Positions 12,067-25,501 of a stretch of DNA of 64,000 bases are shown here, piece by piece; positions within the stretch are counted from its first letter, which is position 1; every line of letters begins with the position of its first letter. The stretch lies in the NCBI GenBank assembly GCA_973895155.1, contig OZ316897.1, positions 9,323,832 through 9,387,831 on the forward strand, read 5' to 3'. Both the position numbers and the translations under genes were made by a program. The notes under the pieces are model-generated. The model saw only the letters and a program-made list of their open reading frames with translations. It did no database searches and had not been told where the DNA came from. Origin of the DNA: Marsupella aquatica. Its lineage: Eukaryota; Plantae; Marchantiophyta.

Positions 12067-12910
12067 ATGTCGACCACCAAAGGCAACAAGGCAGGCAAGG
12101 CATCACAACAACCACAAGAAACAATGACAGCAAATAGCAATCTGACAATCGCTACTTCGACATCAGTTCAGGTAAAGAGTCTCCAATTTCTACTTCACCT
12201 TGCTATCACAAACGATCGATAACAATAAAATGATAATACAAAAATTGAAGGATTCATTTGCATTGATGGGCACTTTTGTTCTAAAATATTGTTCACATCT
12301 TTCCTGTGCAGCCAATTACAACGGCAGAAATGGCAAGGATGATCATCCAAGAGCTGCCATCAAATGACTTTAGGCCAAAGAAATTGGATCAAAACAACTA
12401 AGATGGTAAACGGGATCAATAGGAGAGAACTTTTGAAAATGAACAAAGAGAGGAAAGCGTTCAAAGCGGACTTCTACAACCATTACCGAGATAAACCAGC
12501 AACTGGTAAGCACAAAGAGAAAAACTAAAAAATGTTCAAATCGACTTCATCTCCAATTAAATCATCTCATGCGCACATTAAGCACTAACTCCGTGTTGAA
12601 AATAAATGCAGGTGTCATGAAGGAGATTCTCAGGTACATGGCAGTTCCTTTTGAGGAGGATCAACTAACTTACAGGGATGGGATGCATGAGTACATCCAA
12701 GTCACAAAGGGAGCTTGCCTAGAGCAACTGACCAGATTGAGGCATGATTTAAAGATGCCACTAGATATGTTGGTAGGGCTGACTCATCAACAATCTCAGT
12801 CCTTGATCGACAGACTAAGGAGAAGTAGCGACCAAGGCCTACTATCTGACGTCCCTGCCCAAACATCAACGGAAGAACCCACTCAAGCCACTACATCCAA
12901 GCAAAAATTC
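12067..12910 (+). pseudogene. Spliced ORF of unknown function immediately downstream of the helicase
   Basis: Exon 12067-12171 (MSTTKGNK...STSVQ|gtaaag); exon 12312-12505 (tgcag|PITTAEMARM...DKPAT|gtaagc, needs one frameshift); exon from 12612 (atgcag|VMKEILRYMAVPFEEDQ...). Exact 3' end uncertain. Confidence 0.5.
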
Positions 12911-13263
12911 AACTTTTTTCTTTCCTTTCATTGTACTTTTATTTTATTTTATTATGGACCCCCATTAGGAGTCTCTTGCAAATTCCAGGCTAGCACGAGG
13001 ACGTGCCTTGTAAACATTGACGTCAACAAAGAGTACACAACTGTTTTGCAGAAGAAAATGTTCCTAGATCCTGTTTGTGGCAAATTTTCCGTAACAACTA
13101 GGTTGCCATGGATTAATTCCTAAATGTAAAAGTGAAATAAAAGTAAATCAAATACACAAGAAGATGTCAATTCTTTTACTTAGTCACTATTTTAGTTTGT
13201 TTTTTTACTTATTAAAAAACTATAACATAAATAAATTTTCAATAGTAATAACAAGTAATTAAA

Positions 13264-13286
13264 GTGGTTACCAAAAATGTAACCAC
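13264..13286. other. Perfect 8-bp-stem hairpin; candidate Helitron 3' subterminal hairpin
   Basis: GTGGTTAC-caaaaat-GTAACCAC, downstream of the RepHel and accessory ORF. Confidence 0.4.
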
Positions 13287-13384
13287 CTCTGAATTTTCAG
13301 TTTTTGGCACTCAAACGTGGGTTTAGTTTGTCAGGTCTAGACCCTGGTGTTGCGAAAGTAGACCTCAAGTAGTTTGAACGAAAT

Positions 13385-14031
13385 CCCTGGGCCCCCAGCC
13401 TTTGTAAACTAAAGAGGTATACGTGCGTACCCCTTATTATTTTTGGAAGCCTATAAAAATTTCTCTTGTTATTCTTAAAAACTTAATTTTGGAGAATATA
13501 TCTGCCCCTTTGAGATATTATAATTTCACATTTACACCATTTATGAAAGCCTTGAAAAATTATAAATTCATCATGTGCAAACGGTTCTAAAATTGATGGG
13601 AGTGTTTTGGAAGGGTTTTGGGTACATACATTTTTATGTTCGTGACCCTTTAATCCCAAACTTCAACTTTGGGGCATTTTTGAACCATAGGGTAGGGTAG
13701 TCAGGGTTCAAAAGCTCCAAAGTCCTAAACTACTCTGAATCATAGATGTTGCAAGCATAATTATATGTCATATACACATGTTACAATAAAGGGTGGCCAC
13801 AAGGACCAATCCTATTGTGACGCGTGTCACATCCATATTACATCACCTCTTGAAGCATATTAACTTGGGCGACATTTATATAAGCCTATATTAGTTAGAA
13901 AGGGTTCTTTGAATAAAACCATCCCTTGATATTTCTAAGCCAATTATAAAAATTAATCTCAAATCAGATTTTTTGCACCCTTCATCCGTTCGCACGTCCA
14001 GCCCATTATTAATAATGTTGGGGGCCCAGGG
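13385..14031. mobile_element. MITE family A, copy 1 (13-bp TIR CCCTGGGCCCCCA, 8-bp TSD)
   Basis: Starts ccctgggccccca and ends tgggggcccaggg. Flanked by aacgaaat at 13377-13384 and 14032-14039. Near-identical to 43841-44505. Confidence 0.92.
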
Positions 14032-17000
14032 AACGAAATTCAGCAACCTCTCCATGAGAGTTTGATTCACTGGCCTCCACTCATTTTTCCTTATATTATT
14101 TCCATATCATTTCCATACGGTTGTGTTAAGTTGCTTCCCTGTGAATTGAATTACCTCTTATGGGATTCTGGTGAGTGTCTATTTGATTGTTGTTGTTGGT
14201 TTCTATGTCCATATCTTGACTTCTTGGCTCCTAGCTTTGGGATTTTATCCTAAATGACTTTGCATTTTGAGGACTACTTTGCAGTTGTTCGATCTTTTCA
14301 ATGAGCCGCTCATGATCACCAATTGTTTCTTCAACTATGTCCTAGATCTACTCAGTTGCTTGTTTTCTTCAACTAACTCCATTATAGCCTTATATCGTTG
14401 CTCCAGGACAAAGTAGATAGGATCAGATAGAAACATTGGACGGTTACAAATACTAAGAATGAGAAGTCATGGAATTGCAAGAGTGCCTATCCAGACCGAA
14501 TTTGCAAGAAGTATATGATACGAATTGCACAAGATCAAAGAGGGTTATCCAAAGTTGTTGCTGAAGGGCTCCATACCCGACTCCATATTGCTTTTCATAT
14601 ACCTCCACCTGAGTTTCTTGGCTCTACACGTCCACGGACAAATTCTCTCAGTTCACCCATTGAGGACAAGAAAGACAGTACAAAGTCAAACTTGGTAACT
14701 CCAATCTTGACCTCGGACCTTGAATGTTGCCAGCAAAAGGGACAATTAGGATATCATCATTGTCATTTGAGAAAAGAAACGGCAATCACAATTTTGATCA
14801 AAAACTCTATATTCTAAATGGGAACTTGAATTGTAAGCAATATGGTTAGGACAAGGCATTAATATCATAAATTAGTAAATCACAATCCAATCCCTACTAC
14901 TAGAGAGCATTAATTAAGCCCTAAAGCTTTCACACAAATTATACAACATTGTGCCAATGTTTTGATCAAGGGGATTTTAGAGATCCAATTTAACCCCACA
15001 GTAGGCATCAGGACTGCAGACTGTGACACAAGTTGGGCCTTAACCACAATCCAACTTGCAAGAAATAGTGTCTAATAGCAATTCAACATAGAAAGTCGTC
15101 TCAGATTCAATAACTAGGTAGGAACTAGGACAACCAAATGACATTGGCAAGAAGAGCATAGACCCCTAAATCCCTTCTAGGGTTTCAATAAGTATCAGGG
15201 CGTGTTCGACGTGCAAAGCAAGCATTAATAGAGGATATTGTACATCGATCTCTACTTACAACTCTTTTGGTTCTAATTCATGTTGGCCAGATTATCTCCA
15301 AGTTTGGACGACTATAAAACTCAAAATCCAATCAATGTAACAAACGTTAGGGGTATCTTATGTTTTCATAAACAGGTAACAAACATTGTCAAATTGCAGT
15401 CAAGACAACAAATGGAATGTCCAAATAGTTTGATTTTTAAATTTCCAATTCAAATAGCAGAGGGAGCACATAACTATGTGCAAGGAGCTTTTGATATAAG
15501 TTATACAATTTGGCTTGCTACTATGCCATAGCTAGTCGATCGATAGGTTATAAATGAAATTCTCTATAAATAATTTCCTCACATATTTCTCCCCACACTG
15601 AATAGAGAAGAGAACTAATCACTCTAAATTGATCGTCAAAGCTTGCAAAACTCCTATTGACATAGATGACTAGCATAAGTGTAGTTGAAGTACTTACAAA
15701 TTTTACAATCACTTAAGCCTTAGCTGTTTCCAACTTCACCGCCTCTCTTGCCACAATTTTCTCAAACACCTCCCTCATTTTGAGACCTACAATGGTTTGG
15801 AACAATCCTGTTCCATTGTTGCTACCGTTCAATTTTGTTGTATCTTAACTTCATCTCAGGTTTGGACTGCCGAGTCCCCCATATATAGCTACTACCCTAA
15901 TCATTGCTTTTGACGAATGATCATGTGGACACCATCAAACCATGATCAGTAGCTCCTATTATCTATAGGTGGTGCCATCATGTCTTAGCCAGATCCATAT
16001 CTACTAAGCCTATCCCCTTCTTCACAGGTATGCTAAAGAGAATAGCTCCCGTCCTTGGCACCAATCCACATCAACCCCACTAGCAACAATTTTAAAATCC
16101 TGTCCGATCAAATGCCCAAGTAGAGATGAGGTCTATATGTGCCCCAAAACAAGCATTTCTGGTGCTCTCCCTGAAATTGCTCCAAGTGGGAGACTCAAGC
16201 CTCAGGGAGGAGAGTGATAGCCTTGGGCTTTAGAACAGGCGCCCCAAAGAGAATTTTCCATTACCAAAAAGAAAATGAGAAAAGCACAAGGGTGACAAAA
16301 ATTGCATATAAAGCAACTCCTCCCCAATACCAAGCTCCCTATTTTGCCTTCAATGCTCTGGCCCTCTAGAGGGCAGAGGCAAAAGATCAACAGCTCCGTC
16401 CTCCACTACGTTCCTGAGCAAGACTCTACTGTAGGCCTCTGTTACATCAATCACCCAAAGGCAAAAGTAAAGAGACACCTCAACTCTGTGCCTCTCTATT
16501 TTAAAGAGCTTGGCTGTATAGAGTTTGTGTTTCATTCACACTTTACAAAATCCTCATTTGTTCACCACCGTGTCATTGGCTCTTCCTAAGTCACAATCCG
16601 TTAGTACAAACCCTGCCCTTGCAAGGATTCTGGTTCTTCCCTTTTGCGCAGCCATTGTGTACTTTCTAAAGTGCAAAGAGGACTCCACTAAACAACATTG
16701 AGTTTGTTTTGTGAGTGGATTAAACTCCCTCATAACTGGACTCAAATAGGCAAGTGAATGTAGTTTCTCAAATATTGTAGCACTCTAGAATATTAACAAA
16801 AATCATGAGTTTAGGATTGTCAATAGAATATTCATTTGAAGAAATCAGGTGGAGTTTAGGATCGTCTGAGCAATTGTGTTTGAAGGTGGCGTCTTGTGAC
16901 AAGCTATCATTGAACTCGCACAAATCTTGTGCCAAGGATGCTGCATTATATAGTAGAGAGCAAGAAGTTCTCGGCTGGCAATGCCTATTCAAAACCATTT

Positions 17001-18204
17001 AGAAGGTTTCCATCAACAATTTGACTAAGTTGAACGGAACTCCTATCGACCATGACTTCCGTGGACATGAACTAAATAGAACATCGTGGTCATTTGTTCC
17101 TGATATTGAACTCATTTACTAATATTGTTTAAAGTATTTATGACCCTAGCTATACCTAGTCAACTTACAACCAGGCTTAGAACCAATTGCAAAGAAAAAA
17201 CTTACAAAATTCCATAAGATTCAACCTTTCTTGTTCTGCAAACTAGTTTACAAAGAATACATGAAAGAACTTGTACTGGCTCCCAAATGCGAAACAGATG
17301 TTGCAGTAGTGACCTACTTGGGCATAAACAAAAACAGTCCCATCAGGTCGTATTGAGTGCCACCCAAGAGAGCTTCTAAGAGATTGGAAGCTCATAGTGA
17401 GAACCAACAGCTCAATAAGTCCATTAGTGCAATCCCATCTAGTCCACTTGATCAGCAACACTTTGCTCACCACATGATGTCATCAACCAAACAATTCTTG
17501 TGGTCCTTCCAAAACCAATCGCTCAAATGATAATGAACTCATGGCTTGCACAAATGAGAGCAACTCAATAGAGATGAAAGACAAGATGTTGTCAGGATAT
17601 GTATGATGCTCAAATTTTATCCTCAAGAGTCGTTGACTTTACCAAAGTAGGAGGCATGTACCCCGAGGCATACATTGCAAGCTCTACTTTCTATTGGCTT
17701 GAAGTCATCTAAACCTAGCGGTAGCTCATCCATATTGGATTTGGCAATGAAGCCCAATTGTTGGATAGCCGCTTTGCAAGACACTTGTCACTTAGAAAAT
17801 CCCTTGGTTTATTTGTCGGTTTTGAGGTCTACAAGCGTGTTGTTATAGAAACAACTTTTCAAAGTTTTAGAATTTAGTGAGCTTAAGCAAAGTAGACATA
17901 CTTGTTGATCTTTTGCATTTCAGCTTGTTTGCAAAGCATTTAAGGTCATTGCAAAAGGAAGTACTCATAAAGTGGACTTCTTTACAATTTGGGTGTGCAC
18001 ATTGTCATCTATTATAAATGAGAAATTCTAAAAGATCATCCCAAGAGATACAATGCTATGCTTGACTTAGTTAGCAATGAGAGGCTATTTGTTGCTCCAT
18101 GCCTAGTAGCATAGATCAGTTATTGTACGTAACAATGTACTAAGTTATGAATTTGTGATTGCATGATCTACCTGGTCGATCATGGCTTTTCAAGGAATGA
18201 AATG

Positions 18205-18790
18205 ATAGAAAATTGACCAATTCATATTGTTTTTAATAGGGCGGCAAGGAAGAATGATAACCAATCTCAATTGGGAATTCATGCAACGTCAAAACATGCC
18301 TCAAAGAATGAGCTCCGAGAGAAGAGACACTGCATGCAGACGTGCAATAGCCGCCCATGCCAAGTCGCACACCCCGTTCCCCGTTCTGTCGAGAATGGGC
18401 CTTGGCCCACATGTATATCCAAGAATGGAAATTGGTTTGCCAAAAGACAATCCGAGACATGAAGGTTTGCGGAATGCGTGGACTTGTACGGTATGGCAAC
18501 ACTCCAAGGCTTGATATGACATTCACAACCATTCAAAAAACTAGCTTGATGTCGTATGACATATATGCAATGCTTTCATGAACAAGTGTTGTTTAATGTC
18601 TTCTGGTTTGAGTATCTCAACATTGCCAATAGTACAAGTTGCTATTGCCTCCATGAGTTCTTGTTTATGTGGGTGACCTCGACAGTAAGGAAGACACCTT
18701 ACCTGTCTCTCAACATACATGAGAGACATTCTTTTCATTAAATAGCACTTGTCTATCCCAATGGCTTTTTCAAAAATCTCAATCACATCC
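18205..18790 (+). mobile_element. Diverged second copy of the Helitron RepHel 5' region (truncated)
   Basis: MKVCGMRGLVRYGNTPRLDMTFTT versus MKVCGMCGLVCYGNTPRLDKTFTT at 8171. Colinear similarity to about 7970-8510, including gaaaattgac...catag/aatag acceptor context. Confidence 0.8.
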
Positions 18791-18999
18791 AAGTGATTGC
18801 AAGTACTAGCATAAACCTTAGGGTACTAATGAAGTAAAAAGCCCTTAATGCTCAGCATCCGGATCTCGATCCGGATGTAGAAAGGATTGAGCCTCCATTG
18901 TACATCTCTGAAACTATATCAATTGAATTGAGCAAGACGTTGAGTGGTGCGTGATATTGTTCCATGCTCTCTATTTTTCTGTCAATGTACTCGTCAAAG

Positions 19000-21650
19000 T
19001 AAGTGTAACCTTAGGAGTTGTGGGAATGAAATCATGATTGGTAGCAATACACTTGTTACTCTGTTTGAGAGACAGAATGACAAAGTCTAAGGAGTAAGTT
19101 GCAATATTTTCCACGAATTATGCTAAAAGCAAGGAAGTTTCATCCACTTCCAAGTCTCCTTGTAGAAATATAACAGCTAGCTAGAATAGGTTAGAAGTAG
19201 AAAGAATCTGTCCAATGCTCATTAAATTGAGCCAACTCAAGTCAACAAGTATCAATGGATCTGAGATTAAAAATCTAACTGGCCTCTATTTTCTTCAAGT
19301 GATAAAACCTCCGGAACTCATGAATAGGGAGTGATTTTGTAGGTAGTCACATGTATCTGAACTTGGTCCTTAGGTGTTCTAGGCTCCATCCTCTGTATGA
19401 TGAAGTTGTGAGGAGTTTGAGTAGAGGATGTGACAACTACTACAAAATCTGGATCAGATCTAAGTGTAGTGTCAACTACCTCACTCAAATCCCTGATCTA
19501 GTGAATCATATATAGGTATGTCATAATACCTCTAGAATTCCCTTACAGGTGGAATTTTAGCTCCAATTGTCTTACTAAAACTCTACGTACTAGCTGTGCT
19601 ACAACATCCTTAGTGGGTAGTGGCTTAACCACAATAGTGTATAGTGGTCCAATCTTTGGTTAAGGTTTTGGTGTCTCCCTTGGGTGTTGCACTGGTCCTT
19701 CAATCTGTTTTTTTTGTGTTATTGGTCCTCTACATAAAGCAAGGTTGCCTTGAGGTTTGTTAGGTGTTGTTGTAGGAATACATGGATCATAATCATAATT
19801 TGGCTCAAATGAAGGAGAACAAATCACAATCAAGTTCTTCTCTTTGACTACTATCTCTTCCACATGACATTGTAACAGATCAGTAAGCTGATGGATTACT
19901 CTCCTATCTTGGTCAGCATGAACATTGGGTGAATTTGGGGGTGAATCAAACTAATGTGGAATGTCCTTGTCAATCTTAGTGAGTACATTAACATAATCCT
20001 TTGCTAAGTTAATATCTCCTTTTGAAACAACAGTATCAGAAGGTTTCAAGGTATAAACATGGGATGTATAAGATAATGGTGTGTGGTAAGCAATATCCTA
20101 TTTCCTATCATCACAAGTGGGTGGAGCTAGTGGACAATATTTAGAAGACTGACCATACTGGGGGATGGTAAATTCAAAGATAAGATACTTCTTATCTCTT
20201 CTGGTTCTCTTGGAACATCTCTCTCTGGCTCTTCAAGTAATTAACTTTTCATCTCCTTCATGGTTAGGTATCTCCATAGGTTCAAATCATATTGGAGAAG
20301 TAGGTAGTTTTGTAGTTTTTCAGCATCCATAGGTTCAAACAGCAGCTCAGCAATCAGGCTCTCTCTCTCCTCGATTTTAATTTGTTGGTAGCAAACAATG
20401 ATCATGATAATAATAATGAAATAGTCAATCCTTGAAAAAGATAATCAGCAATTTGAATAGGTACCGCCTTAAGCTCACCAACAGATTTAATCATTTGCCC
20501 ATTAATCCAAAGTTGTGTACATGGCTCAGGTAAAATCAGTGCAAGGACCAGATTTTGAGCTAGTCAAAATGAGAGTAGATATATTGAATCTTGATCCTTT
20601 GCCTACAATTGACCAAGTATCCTACAAGTCTTATTTGAAATTCAAAAGAACTTTGAATGACTCTTGAAAACACATTGGCGGGATGCATAGTAGAAACAAC
20701 TAAAAGCATGTCTTTCCCAAGCTCAAGGTTAGTTTTGAAAAGTTCCTAGCTTCAGATTACTAGTATTCATCTCCTTTCCTTGTTGCAAGACGTATCTTTT
20801 CACTGGATAATAGATTGTATCTTGCTCCAAGGTCTATCGCAACATCCGCAACTAGACTTCTTCCTATTTTAACTTGGAACTCAAAAGAATTCTAGTTATG
20901 AGACATAATTGTACTGGTGGGTAGATCTCATGGTCAAGGTTAAAGAGTTTGCAGTCTCCTAGTATCTCATAGTCTCAAGGGATGTGCATTTGCGCATTTA
21001 GGTCAGAAAATTTGAGAAGGCGCATCAGTTAATTTGGGGCCTGGAGCTCAAAAATGCTGAGGCATCGTTGCGCATTAGCATTGTTCTGCCAAAGCGTTGT
21101 TGTGCCTTAGCGTCTCTATGTCTAGATACAATGTTTTTCTCCTTTGACAACTCTTCACATCTGATGATAATAATACATACACACCAATGGTCCCGCATAC
21201 TGTAGCAATACTCATCTTATCCTCCTATATATTCCCTTGCATTTCACTTTGTAGCATTGTGCTAGCCAATTTGCAATGGAAATTACACCATATTCCTCTC
21301 TCCAATAATCCTACTGGCATATAGTCTTAGCATAACCAAATGTAAATTTGATCATTTCCACCAAGTCATGGACAGCCAATCCACGTCTAGCCTTTGTACT
21401 TAACACCCAAGTTTGCACATAACTATTGTGCAGGTTCCTAACACGTAAGGAACCCAAAGATCTAATGGGTGAGGGCATTCTACTAAAATTCTTCCAAGTG
21501 AACTTGGTTTTTGGCTATACAGATTAATTTGTCAACATTCTAACAAAATATTTCTACTCCTTCCTAATTCAGCCAATTCCTCATATTGCAAGAACTTAAT
21601 ACATATCTTACACCATTGATTTAATTGACTAGAGCTAGCTCCTACTTTTT
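19000..21650 (-). mobile_element. Very degenerate LTR-retrotransposon (gag/pol-like) remnants
   Basis: Only scattered hints on the minus strand: a broken CCHC-like knuckle near 20130-20160 and a KTKFTW RT/RNaseH-linker-like stretch near 21490-21515. No ORFs. Confidence 0.25.
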
Positions 21651-22639
21651 CACTTTCCCTCTTCTTAAATTATGATAAGATTCTATCTATTTCTCTTGAT
21701 TTAATTTATTTCTCTTTTAAAACTCAATTTCTTTCTTCCATAACTTAGAAAACCAACATATGTCTCTCCTAACTTCCTATGAAATTTTCTAATTTTACTT
21801 CCTTAATAATTACAAACTCCTCCTTCCTATAATTAACCCATACATGCATCTTTCTTTCATGGCCTTAATTTTCCTTCTCCTTCTTATAGTGCAAAGGACT
21901 TCCTTCCTAATCAACTCCACAAATACTTAAAGTGCATCTTCTAAGTTGTATGGTCAAACATAAAATACAAGGATTGACCCTTCCTCTTTTACCCATCCGG
22001 GTAATGCTTTTAGGCCAAATCATCCTTCTATTTGACATCCACTGTTTATCTCTCTCTTGTACTTCTTCTCCAAGAGGTTTATTAATCAAAACTTTGACAA
22101 AGGCAACCGTTTTATATGGAAAATGGAGTTTTCCTCCATATTTATGTACCTTCATTCCTTAGTTAGAAAAAACAATTAACAACAATTTTTTTAACCTCTC
22201 CCCCAAACTACCCAATATTATTAATGTGCCCCCAAACAAAATTAGTTATCGATCCGTGCCCCATTTTGTATTTATAGACCCCAGGCATGGGAAGCTCCTT
22301 CCAAAATCTCTAGTAACACGTTGAGCCACATCATGAGCTTTACTCACAAACAGGAACAGTGATATTTTCAAAAAAAAACAAACACAATTGTTTGTGTTTT
22401 CACATGCAAGCAAGAAAAAATAGTTATACCCAATAACAATAAAAAGACCAAAAAATAGAATGGTAAATTTTAGAACAACAAATAACTAGGTAAAACAAAG
22501 TTACCATTTTGATGTCTAGACTTCAGTGATATATCAGTGTTTGAAATCAAAATACAGCTTATATGTTTTTATTGACTGTATAATGTTTTTTGAAAAAACC
22601 AATCAATAGAAATGTAAATAGTTAGAACCCAATCTCTTT

Positions 22640-23390
22640 AGTATTGATGAAATTTGTCAATGTTAGATTCATTGAAAAGCTCAAGAAATTAGAAACTCAT
22701 GACCTTTTTAGTACTTAATAAAATCTCTCAATGTCACACTTGTTGGAAAGCTTGAGGTACTGATAGATGAGCCTTAGTACTTGACTAAATCTATCAAAGT
22801 TAGTTTGTTGGAAAGCTAGAAAAATTGGTAAAAACATTATCGAGTCCTCAGTCCTTGATCAAAAAATTTCAATGTTAGGTTCATTTGAAAGCTAGCGAAA
22901 TTTTAAAAATCATCATCTCTTTAGTTTTGACCAATACTCCCAATGTCACACATTAGAAAGCTAGTTCTCTTTAGGACTTGACAAAATCTGACATGAAATG
23001 TATCAATGTCGGGCTCAATGTTGGTAAGCTAGACTAATTCATGAATCTACGATCTTTGTAAAATTTGACAAAATTTTCTCAATGTCACACTCATTGGAAA
23101 TGCATAGAAATTCAAAAACTCATTTGGAACTTGAGAAAATTTGCCAATGTGAGGCTCATTGGGAACCTAAAAAACTTGGTAAACTCATGACTTCCTTGGT
23201 ACTTGACTAAATGTACCAATGTGATGCGCATTCAAACCAAATGGAAATTCAGAAAATCATGATCTTGTTCTTTCTCATCTCTTAATGAAACCTTTTGTAC
23301 TAAACACTTAGAAGCATTTTAGAAAATCAGATTATTGAGAATGAGTCTGACATTCATTGGAAAAAAAATTCATTACTAACGAGATCATGG
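22640..23390. repeat. Degenerate tandem array of ~65-75-bp units, ending in an inverted partial unit
   Basis: Recurring tcaatgt(cacac/tagg)tcattggaaagct...tagtacttgac.aaat about 9 times. atgagtctgacatt at about 23341 is the reverse complement of the unit core. Confidence 0.7.
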
Positions 23391-24499
23391 ACCTTTAATA
23401 TATTTTGTCCCCATAAGTTTAAGAAATGGGTTGAGGGCATTTGGACTCAAAATTTTCAAGTTACCTAATAAAAAACGATAAGAGGAATGAAAAAAGAATC
23501 TGGAGAAGAAATTCATGTATTTTATATAATGTTTAAGTGGGATTACGTTCATAATTAGACAATGATTTCAGAACAAGTAAGAGATATATAATGAATTGCG
23601 GCATGGAAAGGATCCAAGATTGAAGTGATCTAGTAAACAATTAGCTTCAATGATGGTGATCATACAAGCAATTAAAAATTAGGGGGATGTAGAGTGAGCA
23701 CGAATATAATTACAAATTCCTTCATCTTCCAAGTTGTTCCATGATCCCACATGCTTTGTTCACATACTCATAAGTGGTCACGTAAGACTCATGCAACAAG
23801 GCATGAAACTTTGATACAACACTTACAAATATTTCCAAGGACTTGTCTTCTCATTTAATTTAAGAATCTCGATAGAGAGATGGGTCCACAAACTAATTGG
23901 GTATTTTCACCCCCCCAAACTTGTAATATATATTGTTTTTTGTTATTAAAAAGATTACCAAAGATAACTTCCTTGCAACTGGAGTTCTTCTCACTTCACT
24001 TGCAACGATTCTCCTTCCTCTCTTCATAAAATCCCTTTTATTATGCAAGGTCCCAATTAATTTAGTCATTCATTGTCTAAATGTAAAACCATTCCTGAAT
24101 CTGGTCCCTGATACCAAAAAATTGTTTGTAGTATAGGACTAGGAACATAAATCATCATTTAAGATCCAATACTTGGTTAGTATTAGTTACGATTGGAAAA
24201 ATAAATAAGGAATGGTTTGTAAGCTTTTAGCACTTGTGAACCATTAAGGTAATATAAATACAACAATGAGTCTTTTAATATAGATGCTCAACAAGGTATA
24301 GATTTAAATGTAACGGTTTGCTTAACATCATAAAAGAAATTAACAAAATGAGATAATTAACAAAAAACAAGGACAAATCTTGAGGTATGACGAGGGGTCT
24401 GAAAACAACCAAGGTAATTTCTTAACATCATTCCATTTGATGTGATATAAAGCAATAAATCCTAAAAAAACAACAAATACTCTTAGGGTAGGATACAAC

Positions 24500-25019
24500 A
24501 CTAGAAATACATGGAAACTGAAAGATAAAGTGAAATTATCAAATGAGAAAAGAAAATGATTATTATTTCATGATATTCTTTATGTTTGTACTTAGCTAAT
24601 AATCTATTTTCCATTTATCAACTCCATGAAGCTGGATGATATACATAGAGAATAAACAAATGTTGTACACCATATGATCCTAATGGGAGAATTGTTGCAA
24701 GTTGTTATGTTATTGATAAGTAATATGTGTCTGGAAAATATGTCATAATCATGAATGTTGCAAACTTCATAAGACTAGAGAATAATACTCTAATATGACA
24801 TAATAAATTAGGCCATATAATTTTCAAAAAAATAAAGAAATGAAAACCAAAGGAATGGTGCAAGGTTTGGAAAATTGTGACTTTGACCTAGAAAACATGC
24901 TAGAGGTAAATTCCTAAAAAGAGAAGCCAACAAAACACACAATATTTTGGATCTTATTCATTCAGATATATGTGGACCTAATACTTCACCATCATTCATA
25001 TTAAGATTACTTATATTAC
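24500..25019 (+). mobile_element. Old AT-rich Ty1/Copia integrase remnant (left part), interrupted by the LINE
   Basis: Reads ...ILDLIHSDICGPNTSPS just before the LINE and resumes after it as YYITFIDDHSK (about 32239-32272). Left boundary approximate. Confidence 0.7.
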
Positions 25020-25501
25020 GATAACATATGTTGGACTGAACTGAGAGAACTGAGAGGGAGGAGAGAGCGGAGTGCTTTTGGTGGTTTGGCTATGGCCGCC
25101 GACCTTCTATGGACTCGCTATTGCGCCCTGTCTTCCTTGGCGTTAGACTGATCGTGACAATGATTCAGGTATGGCTCCCCTTGCTGTAACGCGAGCAGGA
25201 CCTTGACAGGATCTGGGCTGACGAAACATGATCTGAGCGGGAACAAAAGACTAAGCAGGGAAAAACTGGGAAGCAACGCGCTTAGATCCGGGATACTCTT
25301 GGAGAAACAAGGGGTGCGCGAACTGCTGCCTCGAGTGGCAGTTTTAGCTTCGAGCATTGGCAAACCGGTCACTCTGTGAAGCAAAGGCTGCTTTACTTTC
25401 TGCTTTTGCTTTGCACGGTGGGACCTTCCGGCTGGGGCTTTTTGCAAGCACTTTGAGTGTGTTTAGATTGACGCTAATAACTTGAGATTTGATCTGACCA
25501 G

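Noticed and set aside
13605-13720. Telomere-like GGGTTT motifs
   Set aside because: Scattered motifs inside the MITE, not a TTTAGGG array.
22640-23390. Decayed LRR-coding repeat (72 bp = 24 aa)
   Set aside because: Unit length varies, and no frame gives an LxxLxxLxL pattern.
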